Shown: one piece after another, positions 46,541-56,032 of the stretch
Layout: every line of letters starts with the position of its first letter
Numbering within the stretch: the stretch's first letter is position 1
From: an uncultured Bacillales bacterium
GTDB taxonomy: Bacteria > Bacillota_I > Bacilli_A > RF39 > UBA660
Direction of reading: 5' to 3'
Length of the DNA stretch: 64,000 bases
Assembly: GCA_905206805.1 (NCBI GenBank)
Contig: CAJLIR010000002.1
Span: 26,999 to 90,998, forward strand
The notes under the pieces: model-generated
What the model was told of the DNA's origin: nothing
Seen by the model: the letters and a program-made list of their open reading frames with translations, nothing else
Databases searched by the model: none
Made by a program: the position numbers and the translations under genes

Positions 46541-48865
46541 ATGTTTGGAAATTTTACGGAAGAAGCTAGAATTATTTTGACACACGCTAAAAAAGAAATG
46601 TATGAACTTAAACATCCGTATATTGGAAGTGAGCATTTATTATTGGCAATATTAAAAGAAAAAAATGATATTTCAAAAAAATTATTAGAATATAATTTAA
46701 ATTATGATAAATTCAAATCAGAAATTGTTAAAGTAGTTGGAAAGGGAACAAAGGAAAGTGAATGGTTCTTATATACTCCCTTATTAAAAAGAATAATCGA
46801 AAATGCTATATTAGATAGTAAAGATAATAATTCTGGTAATGTAACGGTTGAACATCTTTTTTCTAGTATGTTAGAAGAAGGAGAAGGCGTTGCTATTAGA
46901 ATTATGTTAGGAATGAATATTGATTTAGAAGAGTTATATAATGAATTCTCATATAAATTGGTAAGCAAACCTAGAGGTAAAAAAAATAAAAAATTATTGT
47001 TAGAAGAACTAGGTGTAGATTTAACGGAAAAAGCTTTAAAAGGCGAACTTGATCCTGTTATAGGTAGAGATAAGGAAATAAAAAGAGTGTTAGAAATATT
47101 ATCTCGTAGAACAAAAAATAATCCATTATTAATTGGCGAAGCAGGAGTCGGAAAAACTGCAATTGTAGAAGAATTAAGTAAAATGATATCAACCGGTGAT
47201 GTTCCTATGTCACTTAAAAATAAAAGAATTATTAGTTTAGATATGGCAACAACTGTAGCAGGAACAAAATACCGTGGTGAATTTGAGGAAAGAATAAGAA
47301 AAATTTTAAAAGAAATAGAAGAAAATGATGATATAATTCTTTTTATTGATGAAATTCATACATTAGTTGGAGCAGGTGGTGCAGAAGGCGCTATAGATGC
47401 TTCAAATATATTTAAACCTGCACTTGCAAGAGGAAAATTAAGATGTATTGGTGCAACTACAATAGATGAATATAAAAAATTTATTGAGTCAGATGGAGCA
47501 CTAGAAAGACGTTTTCAAAAAGTTTTAGTAGAAATACCAAATAAAAAAGTTGTAAGAGATATTTTGATGAAATTAAAGGGAATATATGAAAAATTTCATT
47601 TAGTTAAAATTAGTGATGAAATAATTGATTTAATTATCGAATTATCAGAAAAATATATTTATGATAGAAATCAACCAGATAAGGCAATAGATCTTTTAGA
47701 TGAAGTTTGCGCTAAAGTAAGTCTAACAGAAAGTAAGGAGTTTAAAAAATATAATTCACTAAATAAAGAACTTAAAGAAGTTTTAAAAAATAAAAATAAA
47801 TCAATTATTGAGGGCAATTTTGATGAAGCTGCCTCATATAAAGAAAAAGAAAATATCCTAATGGATAAAATAAATAAATTAGAATTAACACTTCATAAAA
47901 AGGATAAATACAATATTGTTACAAAAGAAGATGTTGCTAATGTTATAAATATAAAAACAAAAATTCCTGTATATGAACTTTTAAGCGATAATATGTCGGC
48001 TATTGATACTTTAGAAAAAAATTTAAGTGGCCATATTATTGGTCAAGATAAAGTTGTAGAAAGTTTAGTAAAAATTGCTAAAAGAATAAAGTTAGGTTTT
48101 AATGATGAAAATAAATGTTATGCTATGTTATTTTGTGGTTCATCAGGAGTAGGTAAAACTTTATTAGCAAAAACATTTGGAGAAAGTTTAGTTGGAAGGG
48201 AAAATGTTATAAAACTTGATATGGGAGAATATGCAGAAAGTCACTCAATTAGTAAAATTATTGGTGCTCCTCCCGGATATGTAGGATATTCAGATAATAA
48301 AAATATATTAGAATTAATAAGAAATAAACCATATTCTGTATTAATATTAGATGAAATAGAAAAATCTGATCCAAATATAATTAATTTATTCTTTCAAATA
48401 TTAGATGATGGAAAAATAAAAGATTCCTGTGGAAGAGAAGTTAGATTTGATAATGTAACAATTATAATGACTTCAAATATTGGTTTTAATGATATAGAAA
48501 TAGGTTTTAATAAGAAAAATAATGATGTGGTACTTTCAAAATTAAAAGAATATTTTTCACTTCCATTTATAAATAGAATAGATAATACAGTTATTTTTAA
48601 TAAATTAAATTATGATAATATAGAAAAAATTACAAAGAAAAAATTAAGTGAATTAAAATCAAAGTATTTAAAGAAAAATATCAAATTACGCTTTTCAAGT
48701 GATTTGATTAAGGAAATTATTGACGAATCAAATTACGAAGAATTTGGAGCTCGTAAAATAGATAAAGTAATTAAAGAAAGAGTAGAAAATGAAATAATTG
48801 AGAAAGTATTAGATGGAAAAAATAATATTTTGATAAAACCAAATTTAGAAAAAAGTGTTGTTTAG
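46541..48865 (+). CDS. clpC: ATP-dependent Clp protease ATP-binding subunit ClpC-like (class I AAA+)
   Basis: Two Clp_N repeats, two AAA modules (GEAGVGKTA, GSSGVGKT), and a UVR-like linker (FDEAASYKEKE). Confidence 0.85.
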   Translation: MFGNFTEEARIILTHAKKEMYELKHPYIGSEHLLLAILKEKNDISKKLLEYNLNYDKFKSEIVKVVGKGTKESEWFLYTPLLKRIIENAILDSKDNNSGNVTVEHLFSSMLEEGEGVAIRIMLGMNIDLEELYNEFSYKLVSKPRGKKNKKLLLEELGVDLTEKALKGELDPVIGRDKEIKRVLEILSRRTKNNPLLIGEAGVGKTAIVEELSKMISTGDVPMSLKNKRIISLDMATTVAGTKYRGEFEERIRKILKEIEENDDIILFIDEIHTLVGAGGAEGAIDASNIFKPALARGKLRCIGATTIDEYKKFIESDGALERRFQKVLVEIPNKKVVRDILMKLKGIYEKFHLVKISDEIIDLIIELSEKYIYDRNQPDKAIDLLDEVCAKVSLTESKEFKKYNSLNKELKEVLKNKNKSIIEGNFDEAASYKEKENILMDKINKLELTLHKKDKYNIVTKEDVANVINIKTKIPVYELLSDNMSAIDTLEKNLSGHIIGQDKVVESLVKIAKRIKLGFNDENKCYAMLFCGSSGVGKTLLAKTFGESLVGRENVIKLDMGEYAESHSISKIIGAPPGYVGYSDNKNILELIRNKPYSVLILDEIEKSDPNIINLFFQILDDGKIKDSCGREVRFDNVTIIMTSNIGFNDIEIGFNKKNNDVVLSKLKEYFSLPFINRIDNTVIFNKLNYDNIEKITKKKLSELKSKYLKKNIKLRFSSDLIKEIIDESNYEEFGARKIDKVIKERVENEIIEKVLDGKNNILIKPNLEKSVV

Positions 48866-48969
48866 AACATAAAAAGTAAATATTAATAATCTAGTTTGTT
48901 AATTTTAATAAAAGTTCTAGTATTTAGTAATCATAATATTAACTAAAAAATATATGAGATAAATATTGC

Positions 48970-48998
48970 TTGAAAGAAACTATCAGGTATGGTATAAT
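48970..48998 (+). promoter_or_regulatory. Sigma-A promoter
   Basis: TTGAAA, 17 nt spacer, extended -10 TGgTATAAT. Confidence 0.45.
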
Positions 48999-49146
48999 AA
49001 ATATGTAGGGAATAGTTTGATATAAAGTATTAAATTAAGTGGGTGATAATATGTATAGTATTGATCAATAATCATTTTAAAATAAAAAAAGTTTTTTTAG
49101 ACTTTTTTTTTTATTTCTTTTGTGATACAATTACTATGGTGATGGT

Positions 49147-49686
49147 ATGGATATTATGAACCAAGTTAAAGAATCTCTTAATAGAAATAGTAATATTAGT
49201 GATTCTGTTAAAGAAAACTTAATGGAATTAATTAATATTTTCCATGAAAAGTTTCCCAATATTAGTTTAGAAAATTTAAAAAATAGGTTAGAAAGTCTAG
49301 TTATTGAAACTGGAAGCAAATATGTTTATAAAGAAGTTTCAAATTATAATCCAACCTTAAATGTTCTTACTTTAAATATGGAGGAATTGAATAAAAACCA
49401 TGATATAAAACATATTTTAATGTATGAACTTTTACATATAATTACAGCTAAAGATAATTATGTTGGATTTGATTATGATCATAAACTGATTGCTTTAAAT
49501 ACTGGATATACAGAAATTTTGACTAACAATTTAGTTGGTAATGAGAGCGATAATGAATACCATATAGACGAGGTTATAGCAACAAATTTAATCGCAAATA
49601 TGATTGGTAATGATATTATGCTTAAAGCATATTTTACAAATGATTTTAATTTAATTAATAATACTTTAGAAAATGCGGGGTTGTAA
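49147..49686 (+). CDS. Hypothetical protein
   Basis: ORF with a GGTGATGG RBS-like sequence. YELLH is not a true HExxH motif. Confidence 0.45.
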   Translation: MDIMNQVKESLNRNSNISDSVKENLMELINIFHEKFPNISLENLKNRLESLVIETGSKYVYKEVSNYNPTLNVLTLNMEELNKNHDIKHILMYELLHIITAKDNYVGFDYDHKLIALNTGYTEILTNNLVGNESDNEYHIDEVIATNLIANMIGNDIMLKAYFTNDFNLINNTLENAGL

Positions 49687-49687
49687 A

Positions 49688-49972
49688 ATGGGAAAAATAA
49701 TTGCAGGAATGAATTTTAATTATTATAATAAAGAAGCTAGCAATTTAGCCGAAACACTTTTAGAATTATATAAAGTAAGTATTAGTAATGGTTCATATTT
49801 AAAAATGCACGAAATTTTTAAAAGAGAAATTCCATCTAGTAATTGCTTTAATGATTCTAAACATAAAGAAATGGATAATTTGATAAATTTTTGTACAGTT
49901 ATGGATAGAACAATTAATGCAAGTATGATGGAAGAAAATTTTTATGAAAATGTTCATGGTAAATCTTTATAA
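49688..49972 (+). CDS. Hypothetical protein
   Basis: Adjacent to or overlapping the previous ORF. No motif recognised. Confidence 0.4.
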   Translation: MGKIIAGMNFNYYNKEASNLAETLLELYKVSISNGSYLKMHEIFKREIPSSNCFNDSKHKEMDNLINFCTVMDRTINASMMEENFYENVHGKSL

Positions 49973-50011
49973 ATAATCAAAAAATTAAATTTTGATTATT
50001 TTTTTTTATTT

Positions 50012-50031
50012 TAAGCAGGAATTCCTACTTA
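50012..50031. promoter_or_regulatory. Near-perfect 20 bp palindrome upstream of the bacteriocin exporter (operator candidate)
   Basis: TAAGCAGGAATTCCTACTTA, with one mismatch between the arms. Confidence 0.3.
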
Positions 50032-50062
50032 AAAATTTGTATGTTAATAGTAGGGAGGTGAA

Positions 50063-52150
50063 ATGATGATAAAAAAATATCCATTTGTAAGTCAAACTGG
50101 AATAAAGGATTGCGGTGTCGCTTGTTTAAAGATGATTATAAAATATTATGACGGATATATTGGAACAGTTCAATTACAAGGAATGACCAAAACTGATAAA
50201 TCCGGAACAACAGCTTATCACTTAATAGAAGCTTTAAAACAAATTGGATTTGAAGCTTATGGAGTAAAAGCTAGTATATCTGATATTAATGAAAAAAATA
50301 TGATATTACCGTGTATTGCAAATGTTACAATAGATAATACATATAATCATTACATTGTAATTTATGAAATAAATTATAAAAAACAGACACTTCTAATTGC
50401 TGATCCAGCAAAAAAAATATACAAGATTTCTTTTACTGAATTTGAAAAAATATGGAATAACGTGTTTTTATTCATGTACCCTATAAAAAAAATTCCCTTA
50501 TATACAAATGAACATAGTCAATTAAAATTCTTATTAAATATTTTATCTATAAATAAAAAAATACTTATTAATACCGTCTTGATATCTATTTTATATTCCA
50601 TATATTCAGTAATAGGATCTTATTATTTTAAATTTGTTGGAGATGCATTAATCATAAATAATTCTACTAATTTTCTTGTTACAATATTTATTATATTTTT
50701 TGTTATGTTGTTATTTAAACTTTTGTCAAACTATTTTCGAAATCAATTGTTGTTGTACTTAAATGAGAAAATAGAAGCTTCCTTAACAAATGGTATATAT
50801 AAAAAAATCATTTTTCTTCCTTATAATTATTATCGGAATCATACAACTGGAGAAATTGTTTCAAGATTAAACGATTTAAGTAAAATAAGGGAAATGATAA
50901 ATAAAATAATAGTTTTTCTATTTATTGATTTGCCGCTATCTATTGTTTCTTTTATAATACTTTATCTTATAAGCAAAGAACTCTTTATAGTTTCATTAGT
51001 TATAATTATTTTATATATTTTAACTACATTAATTTTAATACCAATATTAAAGCATCATATAGAAATTTGTGAGCAAAAAAAAGTAGAACAGAATTCATAT
51101 ATGACAGAAACTATTAATGGATTTGAAAGTATAAAAGGTATTGGAATTGAAAATTTAGTTATAAAAAAGTTTAATAATAAACTTATAAATTTCTTAAATA
51201 AATTATTTAATTTCGAAACATCTTTTAATAAACAATATTTATTAAAAGAGGCAATTTGTGATATAGGATTAATTTTAATAATTTTTATTGGTAGTTTATT
51301 AATTGTGGAGGAGAAATTAACTATTGGAGGATTATTGTTATTTAATTCATTATTTTCATATTTTATATTGCCGTTTAAAAATACGTTAGAACTAGGAATT
51401 TTAATTATGGAAAGTAAAGTAACACTAAAACGTATCTTAGAAATTACTGAATATAAAATTGATGATGGGTTTTTAGAAAAAGATATGGTAGGAAATATTA
51501 TGGTTCAAAACTTGAAATATAGTTATGATAGTATAAATCCTATTTTAGAAAATATAAACTTAAATATTAACATAGGTGAAAAAATTATGGTTGTTGGAAA
51601 AAGTGGTAGTGGAAAAAGCACTTTATTTAAATTAATTATGAAATATTATAATTTAGATAGAAATCAAATTAAAATAGATAATATTGACATAAATGATTAT
51701 AAAGATATTTGCATTAAAAACAATATAGTGTATATATCCCAAAATGAAACGCTTTTTACTGATACATTATATAATAATATAAATTTAAACAATGGATCAA
51801 ATGAAAAATTTTTAGAAATTGCTAATATGTGTTATATTGACGAAATAATTAAAAATAAAAATACAGGATTTTATACTTTAGTAGAAGAAAATGGTTTTAA
51901 TTTTTCCGGTGGTGAGAGACAAAGAATTGTTTTAGCTAGAAGTTTAATGAAAGATTTTAAAATTTTGATAATTGATGAAGGCTTAAATCAAGTTGACATT
52001 GATTTGGAGAGGAGAATTTTAAAAAATATTTTAACTAAATATAAAGATAAAACAATAATTGTAGTATCACATAGAATGGATAATATAGATTTGTTTGATA
52101 GAGTAATAGAATTTTCTAATCATAAAATAATAAAGGATGAATGTAAATGA
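50063..52150 (+). CDS. Bacteriocin ABC exporter with N-terminal C39 double-glycine peptidase domain
   Basis: QTGIKDCGVACLKMI (C39 Cys) and a later His region. Six-TM domain. GKSGSGKST, FSGGERQRIVLAR, and ILIIDEG motifs. Confidence 0.9.
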   Translation: MMIKKYPFVSQTGIKDCGVACLKMIIKYYDGYIGTVQLQGMTKTDKSGTTAYHLIEALKQIGFEAYGVKASISDINEKNMILPCIANVTIDNTYNHYIVIYEINYKKQTLLIADPAKKIYKISFTEFEKIWNNVFLFMYPIKKIPLYTNEHSQLKFLLNILSINKKILINTVLISILYSIYSVIGSYYFKFVGDALIINNSTNFLVTIFIIFFVMLLFKLLSNYFRNQLLLYLNEKIEASLTNGIYKKIIFLPYNYYRNHTTGEIVSRLNDLSKIREMINKIIVFLFIDLPLSIVSFIILYLISKELFIVSLVIIILYILTTLILIPILKHHIEICEQKKVEQNSYMTETINGFESIKGIGIENLVIKKFNNKLINFLNKLFNFETSFNKQYLLKEAICDIGLILIIFIGSLLIVEEKLTIGGLLLFNSLFSYFILPFKNTLELGILIMESKVTLKRILEITEYKIDDGFLEKDMVGNIMVQNLKYSYDSINPILENINLNINIGEKIMVVGKSGSGKSTLFKLIMKYYNLDRNQIKIDNIDINDYKDICIKNNIVYISQNETLFTDTLYNNINLNNGSNEKFLEIANMCYIDEIIKNKNTGFYTLVEENGFNFSGGERQRIVLARSLMKDFKILIIDEGLNQVDIDLERRILKNILTKYKDKTIIVVSHRMDNIDLFDRVIEFSNHKIIKDECK

Positions 52151-52590
52151 GTGACATAAACGACATAGAAAAGATAGAGTTTATTTTAAGAAGAGAACCT
52201 AAAAAAATATATTCTATTAATATATTACTCATATTAACAATTATTATCTTCTTAATTATTTGTTATTTTGTTAAATATCCTAAAGAAAAAATTTATATTG
52301 CTAGTGTTATTTTAGAAAAAGATTATATATATTTGACAACTAATATAACTAAAGAGAGTATGGAAAATTTAGAAACTAGTAAATTGTTTATTGATAAAAA
52401 TAGTTATGATTTTAATCTTGTACAATTTGAACAAGGAAATGATAATAATTATACTGTAACTATACAAATAGATGAGTTACAAATTAAAGAAAACCAAGAA
52501 TATGTTGTTATTTATTTGAAAGAAAAAGATACAACCTTATTTGAAGAATTAAAAAAGAAATTAAAGGAGGTATTCAATGAGGAAACTTGA
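52147..52590 (+). CDS. Short (147 aa) membrane-anchored bacteriocin export accessory-like protein
   Basis: Coupled to the exporter (ATGA overlap). One TM helix. Much shorter than HlyD-type accessory proteins. Confidence 0.5.
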   Translation: MSDINDIEKIEFILRREPKKIYSINILLILTIIIFLIICYFVKYPKEKIYIASVILEKDYIYLTTNITKESMENLETSKLFIDKNSYDFNLVQFEQGNDNNYTVTIQIDELQIKENQEYVVIYLKEKDTTLFEELKKKLKEVFNEET

Positions 52591-52714
52591 TAATATGGAA
52601 CTAGAACAAGTAACAGGTGGTGGAATTGGTACTTGGTTATTAATAGGTGGAGGGGTAGTATTTATAATTGGAGTAATAGACGGCTACGTTAGACCACTTG
52701 CTTGCAATTTTTAA
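52577..52714 (+). CDS. Double-glycine leader bacteriocin precursor A (45 aa), not in the ORF track
   Basis: AAAGGAGG RBS. MRKLDNMELEQVTGG|GIGTWLLIGGGVVFIIGVIDGYVRPLACNF. Gly-rich hydrophobic mature peptide with one Cys. Confidence 0.75.
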   Translation: MRKLDNMELEQVTGGGIGTWLLIGGGVVFIIGVIDGYVRPLACNF

Positions 52715-52732
52715 AAATGAAAGGATGATTTT

Positions 52733-52891
52733 ATGATACAATTAGAAAAGAAAGAATTACTAAATATTAATGGAGGAAGCATTTCAGGAACAATGATAAA
52801 TGCGTTTTCTAAAGCATTAAATTCACTACTTGATTTAGGTAGAAGCCTAGGAACCGCTATTCGTAGAATTTCATCTGGTAATTTATGCTAG
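52733..52891 (+). CDS. Double-glycine leader peptide precursor B (52 aa), not in the ORF track
   Basis: MIQLEKKELLNINGG|SISGTMINAFSKALNSLLDLGRSLGTAIRRISSGNLC. Amphipathic cationic mature peptide with one terminal Cys. Confidence 0.7.
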   Translation: MIQLEKKELLNINGGSISGTMINAFSKALNSLLDLGRSLGTAIRRISSGNLC

Positions 52892-53055
52892 ATAAAATAA
52901 AAACAAATAAACAAATAAAAATAATCACCGTCCTAATTTTCTCCATTATTTTTTGTTTATTTTGTTTACCATTATTTCATATATTGATTGAAATAACAGT
53001 TAATGCTGGTAGAATAGTTGGATCATTTATTAGAAATTACTGTAAAGTTTTTTAA
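52885..53055 (+). CDS. Small (56 aa) membrane protein, immunity-protein candidate
   Basis: Overlaps the end of peptide B. MLDKIKTNKQIKIITVLIFSIIFCLFCLPLFHILIEI... A terminator-like hairpin follows. Confidence 0.45.
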   Translation: MLDKIKTNKQIKIITVLIFSIIFCLFCLPLFHILIEITVNAGRIVGSFIRNYCKVF

Positions 53056-53164
53056 AAAAAGAGAAAAAATCTCTTTTTTTTATAATCTTTGTAAAAAATT
53101 TGTTGAAAAATAAGTACTTAGGTGATATAATAACACTAGTTTTAGAAGAAGGGAGGGATACTAA

Positions 53165-53368
53165 ATGACAAAAGTTGTTGTCCATGACGGAAATGTTGAT
53201 GGTGCTATTCGTGTACTAAAACAAAGAAATGCAAAAAGTGGCCTCCAAAAAGAAATTAGAGAAAGACAAGAAGGATTTCTAAAACCAGGAGTTAAGCGTA
53301 GAAAAGCAAAAGAAGAAGCTATTAAAAATAGTCGTAAAAAAAATAGAGAATATAATAGAGCCGCATAA
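53165..53368 (+). CDS. rpsU: 30S ribosomal protein S21
   Basis: ALRxFKR-like N-terminus (AIRVLKQ), then FLKPGVKRRKAKEEA basic tail. GGGAGGG RBS. Confidence 0.85.
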   Translation: MTKVVVHDGNVDGAIRVLKQRNAKSGLQKEIRERQEGFLKPGVKRRKAKEEAIKNSRKKNREYNRAA

Positions 53369-53397
53369 TGTGGCTTTTTATTAAAGAAAGGATTTTT

Positions 53398-53841
53398 ATG
53401 CGTAATAAAATATTAGAAGATTTAAAAGCTGCCATGAAAGCACAAGAAAAGGAAAAATTATCAGTAATCAGGATGATTAAAGGTGCTATTCAAATGGAAG
53501 AATTAAATAAAAAACACGAATTATCAGATGATGAAGTAATTGCTATAATTTCAAAACAAATTAAATCAAGAAAAGAATCAATTGTTGAATTTGAAAAAGC
53601 TAATCGTACTGATTTAGTTGAACAAAATAAACGCGAAATTGAAATTTTAAATACATATATGCCTGAACAACTAAGTGAAGAAGAGGTAAATAAAGTTATA
53701 GATGATGCTTTTAATAAACTAAATCCAACAGGAATGTCTGATATGGGAAAAATTATTGGTTCTATATCACCAATTTTAAAAGGAAAAACAGATATGGGAT
53801 TAGTAAGTAAAATTGTAAAGGAAAAATTAAATAATTTATAA
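53398..53841 (+). CDS. yqeY: GatB/YqeY domain protein
   Basis: LKAAMKAQEKEKLSVIRMIKGAIQ and YMPEQLSEEE are typical YqeY motifs. Start moved to the ATG after the AAAGGA RBS. Confidence 0.8.
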   Translation: MRNKILEDLKAAMKAQEKEKLSVIRMIKGAIQMEELNKKHELSDDEVIAIISKQIKSRKESIVEFEKANRTDLVEQNKREIEILNTYMPEQLSEEEVNKVIDDAFNKLNPTGMSDMGKIIGSISPILKGKTDMGLVSKIVKEKLNNL

Positions 53842-53898
53842 TATTCGAGGAATGTTTGAAATAAAACATCCTTTTTATTTAATTTTTTTTGTATCGTA

Positions 53899-53927
53899 TT
53901 GACAAGTGTATAATAAACACTTATAAT
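53899..53927 (+). promoter_or_regulatory. Sigma-A promoter with an embedded inverted repeat (candidate NrtR operator)
   Basis: TTGACA, 17 nt spacer, TATAAT. The spacer is AGTGT-ATAATAA-ACACT. Confidence 0.45.
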
Positions 53928-53944
53928 AAAAATTGTGATGATAG

Positions 53945-54619
53945 ATGGATATAAAAAATAGTTGTTATAAGAATCAAGGAATACATGTTATAACTGCGAT
54001 TTTCACAGTTGAAAAAGGAATTCCTAAAGTATTATTAATTAAAAGAAAAAATGAACCATTTTATGGTGAGTGGTGTCTAACTGGTGGCGCATTACAAAAT
54101 AATGAAGATTTAATTGATGGAGCTAAAAGAGAAATTTATGAAAAATCTGGAATAGATAATATTGATATATATGAATTTAAAGCTTTTGGAAAATTAAATA
54201 GGTCACCAGTTATGAGAATGGTAGCTATAGGATATATTGGGGTTATAGATTTGAATAGGGTTAATATTTTAAAGGAAACTACAAAAACATCTAATGCTGA
54301 TTGGTTTTCGTTTGATAAAATACCATCTCTAGCTTATGATCATGAAGAAATATTAAGGTATGCTATAGAATTTTTAAAGCAAAAAATAACTGAATCAAAT
54401 ATCTTATCATCATTGTTTCCTAACAATTTTACTATGCCAGAATTACAAAAAGTATATGAAGCAATTTTAAACAAAAAATTTGATAGAAGAAATTTTAGAA
54501 AAAAAATATTAAGTTTAAATATAGTAGAAGATACAAATTTAACAACTAAATTTGAGGGCAAGAAACCTGCTAAATTATATAAGTTTAAAAAAAATATAGA
54601 AAATAAAAGTGTATTTTAA
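53945..54619 (+). CDS. nrtR: NrtR-like protein (Nudix domain + C-terminal winged helix)
   Basis: Nudix box GGALQNNEDLIDGAKREIYEKSG, plus a C-terminal LQKVYEAILNKKFDRRNFRKK region typical of NrtR. Confidence 0.65.
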   Translation: MDIKNSCYKNQGIHVITAIFTVEKGIPKVLLIKRKNEPFYGEWCLTGGALQNNEDLIDGAKREIYEKSGIDNIDIYEFKAFGKLNRSPVMRMVAIGYIGVIDLNRVNILKETTKTSNADWFSFDKIPSLAYDHEEILRYAIEFLKQKITESNILSSLFPNNFTMPELQKVYEAILNKKFDRRNFRKKILSLNIVEDTNLTTKFEGKKPAKLYKFKKNIENKSVF

Positions 54620-54671
54620 TACATTTTTATTAAATATACTAATGTGTAATTTAAACACTTATGGAGGAGTT

Positions 54672-55271
54672 ATGTCAAAATTATATTTTAGATATGGAGC
54701 TATGAATGCTGGTAAAAGTGCTGCCTTATTGCAAACAGCGTACAATTATAAGGAAAAGAATAAAAAGGTTATTTTAATTAAACCTAGATTAGATACAAAA
54801 GGTGGTAATAAAATAACATCTAGAATAGGAATTAGCTCTGATGTTGATATTTTATTAGGTTTTGGTGAAAGTTTAAATAAGTTAAAATACAAAAAAATTA
54901 TCAAAAATTCTGATTGTATTTTGGTTGATGAAAGTCAATTTTTAAGCGAGAAACAAGTTGAAGAATTGTGGCTAATAACTAAAAAATGTGATATTCCAGT
55001 AATATGTTATGGAATAAAAACAAATTTTCAAAGTAAATTGTTTGAAGGTAGTAAACGTTTACTAGAATTATCTGATGAATTAGAAGAATTAGCAACTATC
55101 TGTTCTTGTGGACAAAAGGCAAGATTTAATTCAAGAATTATTAACGGTAAATATGTTACTGTTGGTGATAATATAGAAATCGATAATAATGAAAAAATAA
55201 AATATGAATCACTTTGTGGAAATTGTTATATAAAAAAAGTTATAGAGGAGGCAAATGAAGATGTTATATAA
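54672..55271 (+). CDS. tdk: Thymidine kinase
   Basis: YGAMNAGKS P-loop, VDESQF, and Zn ribbon CSCG...CGNC. Start moved to the ATG after GGAGGAG. Confidence 0.9.
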   Translation: MSKLYFRYGAMNAGKSAALLQTAYNYKEKNKKVILIKPRLDTKGGNKITSRIGISSDVDILLGFGESLNKLKYKKIIKNSDCILVDESQFLSEKQVEELWLITKKCDIPVICYGIKTNFQSKLFEGSKRLLELSDELEELATICSCGQKARFNSRIINGKYVTVGDNIEIDNNEKIKYESLCGNCYIKKVIEEANEDVI

Positions 55272-55959
55272 ATATGAAGGTGAATTTTTATTATCATTTG
55301 ATGTTGATATTAATTATGATAAATTAAAAAAAATAAGGGAAGACATTATAGAAAATTGTAGTGTAATAAAAAAATGTGAAGGTGTATTTTCTGATGAGTA
55401 CTTTTACAAAAAAAATAAACAAAATAGAAAAAATTTTTTTAAAAAAGAATTAGATCATGTAGAAAAAAATCATTGGTGTCCAGATATATATTATTATAAA
55501 TATGAATATGATGAATATTGCCTTCCTGAAATAATAAATGTGATTGATGATATTTTAAAGGGTAATTATGAAAGAATTAATGATCTATTTTCTACAGAGG
55601 ATATAAAAATTGATATTAATGACTATAGAGACAATAAAGCTTTATATGATGTTATAAATTTAATTAATGATTATAAAATAACAAATAATGAAATTAGTAT
55701 AAATAGAGCAAAATATATATTAAGAAATTTTAATCATATAAAACTTGAAGATAAACAAAAAAGTGTTAAAGATTACTATCCTGAACTAATTAAATGTTTT
55801 TCCTTTACAAAAAAATCATCTATAAGTAATTTAGAGTTTGAAAAATTAAAAAGTTTTTTAGGTGATGAATGGATTGAAAAAATGACTAATTTTTTTGATT
55901 ATCAGGAAAATTCAGAAAAATTAGTTACTAATCAATATGTTAAAAAATTAATGAAATAA
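55255..55959 (+). CDS. Hypothetical protein
   Basis: ORF coupled to tdk. No motif recognised. Confidence 0.45.
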   Translation: MKMLYKYEGEFLLSFDVDINYDKLKKIREDIIENCSVIKKCEGVFSDEYFYKKNKQNRKNFFKKELDHVEKNHWCPDIYYYKYEYDEYCLPEIINVIDDILKGNYERINDLFSTEDIKIDINDYRDNKALYDVINLINDYKITNNEISINRAKYILRNFNHIKLEDKQKSVKDYYPELIKCFSFTKKSSISNLEFEKLKSFLGDEWIEKMTNFFDYQENSEKLVTNQYVKKLMK

Positions 55960-56032
55960 AGGCTATCTATGCCTTTTTGTTGTTTTATAAAAATATATAG
56001 AGTATAATTATATTAACGGCGGGAGGAATTTT

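Noticed and set aside
49147-49972. 49147-49686 and 49673-49972 as one frameshifted pseudogene
   Set aside because: No recognisable family spans the two ORFs, so a disruption cannot be supported. A short overlap is normal translational coupling.
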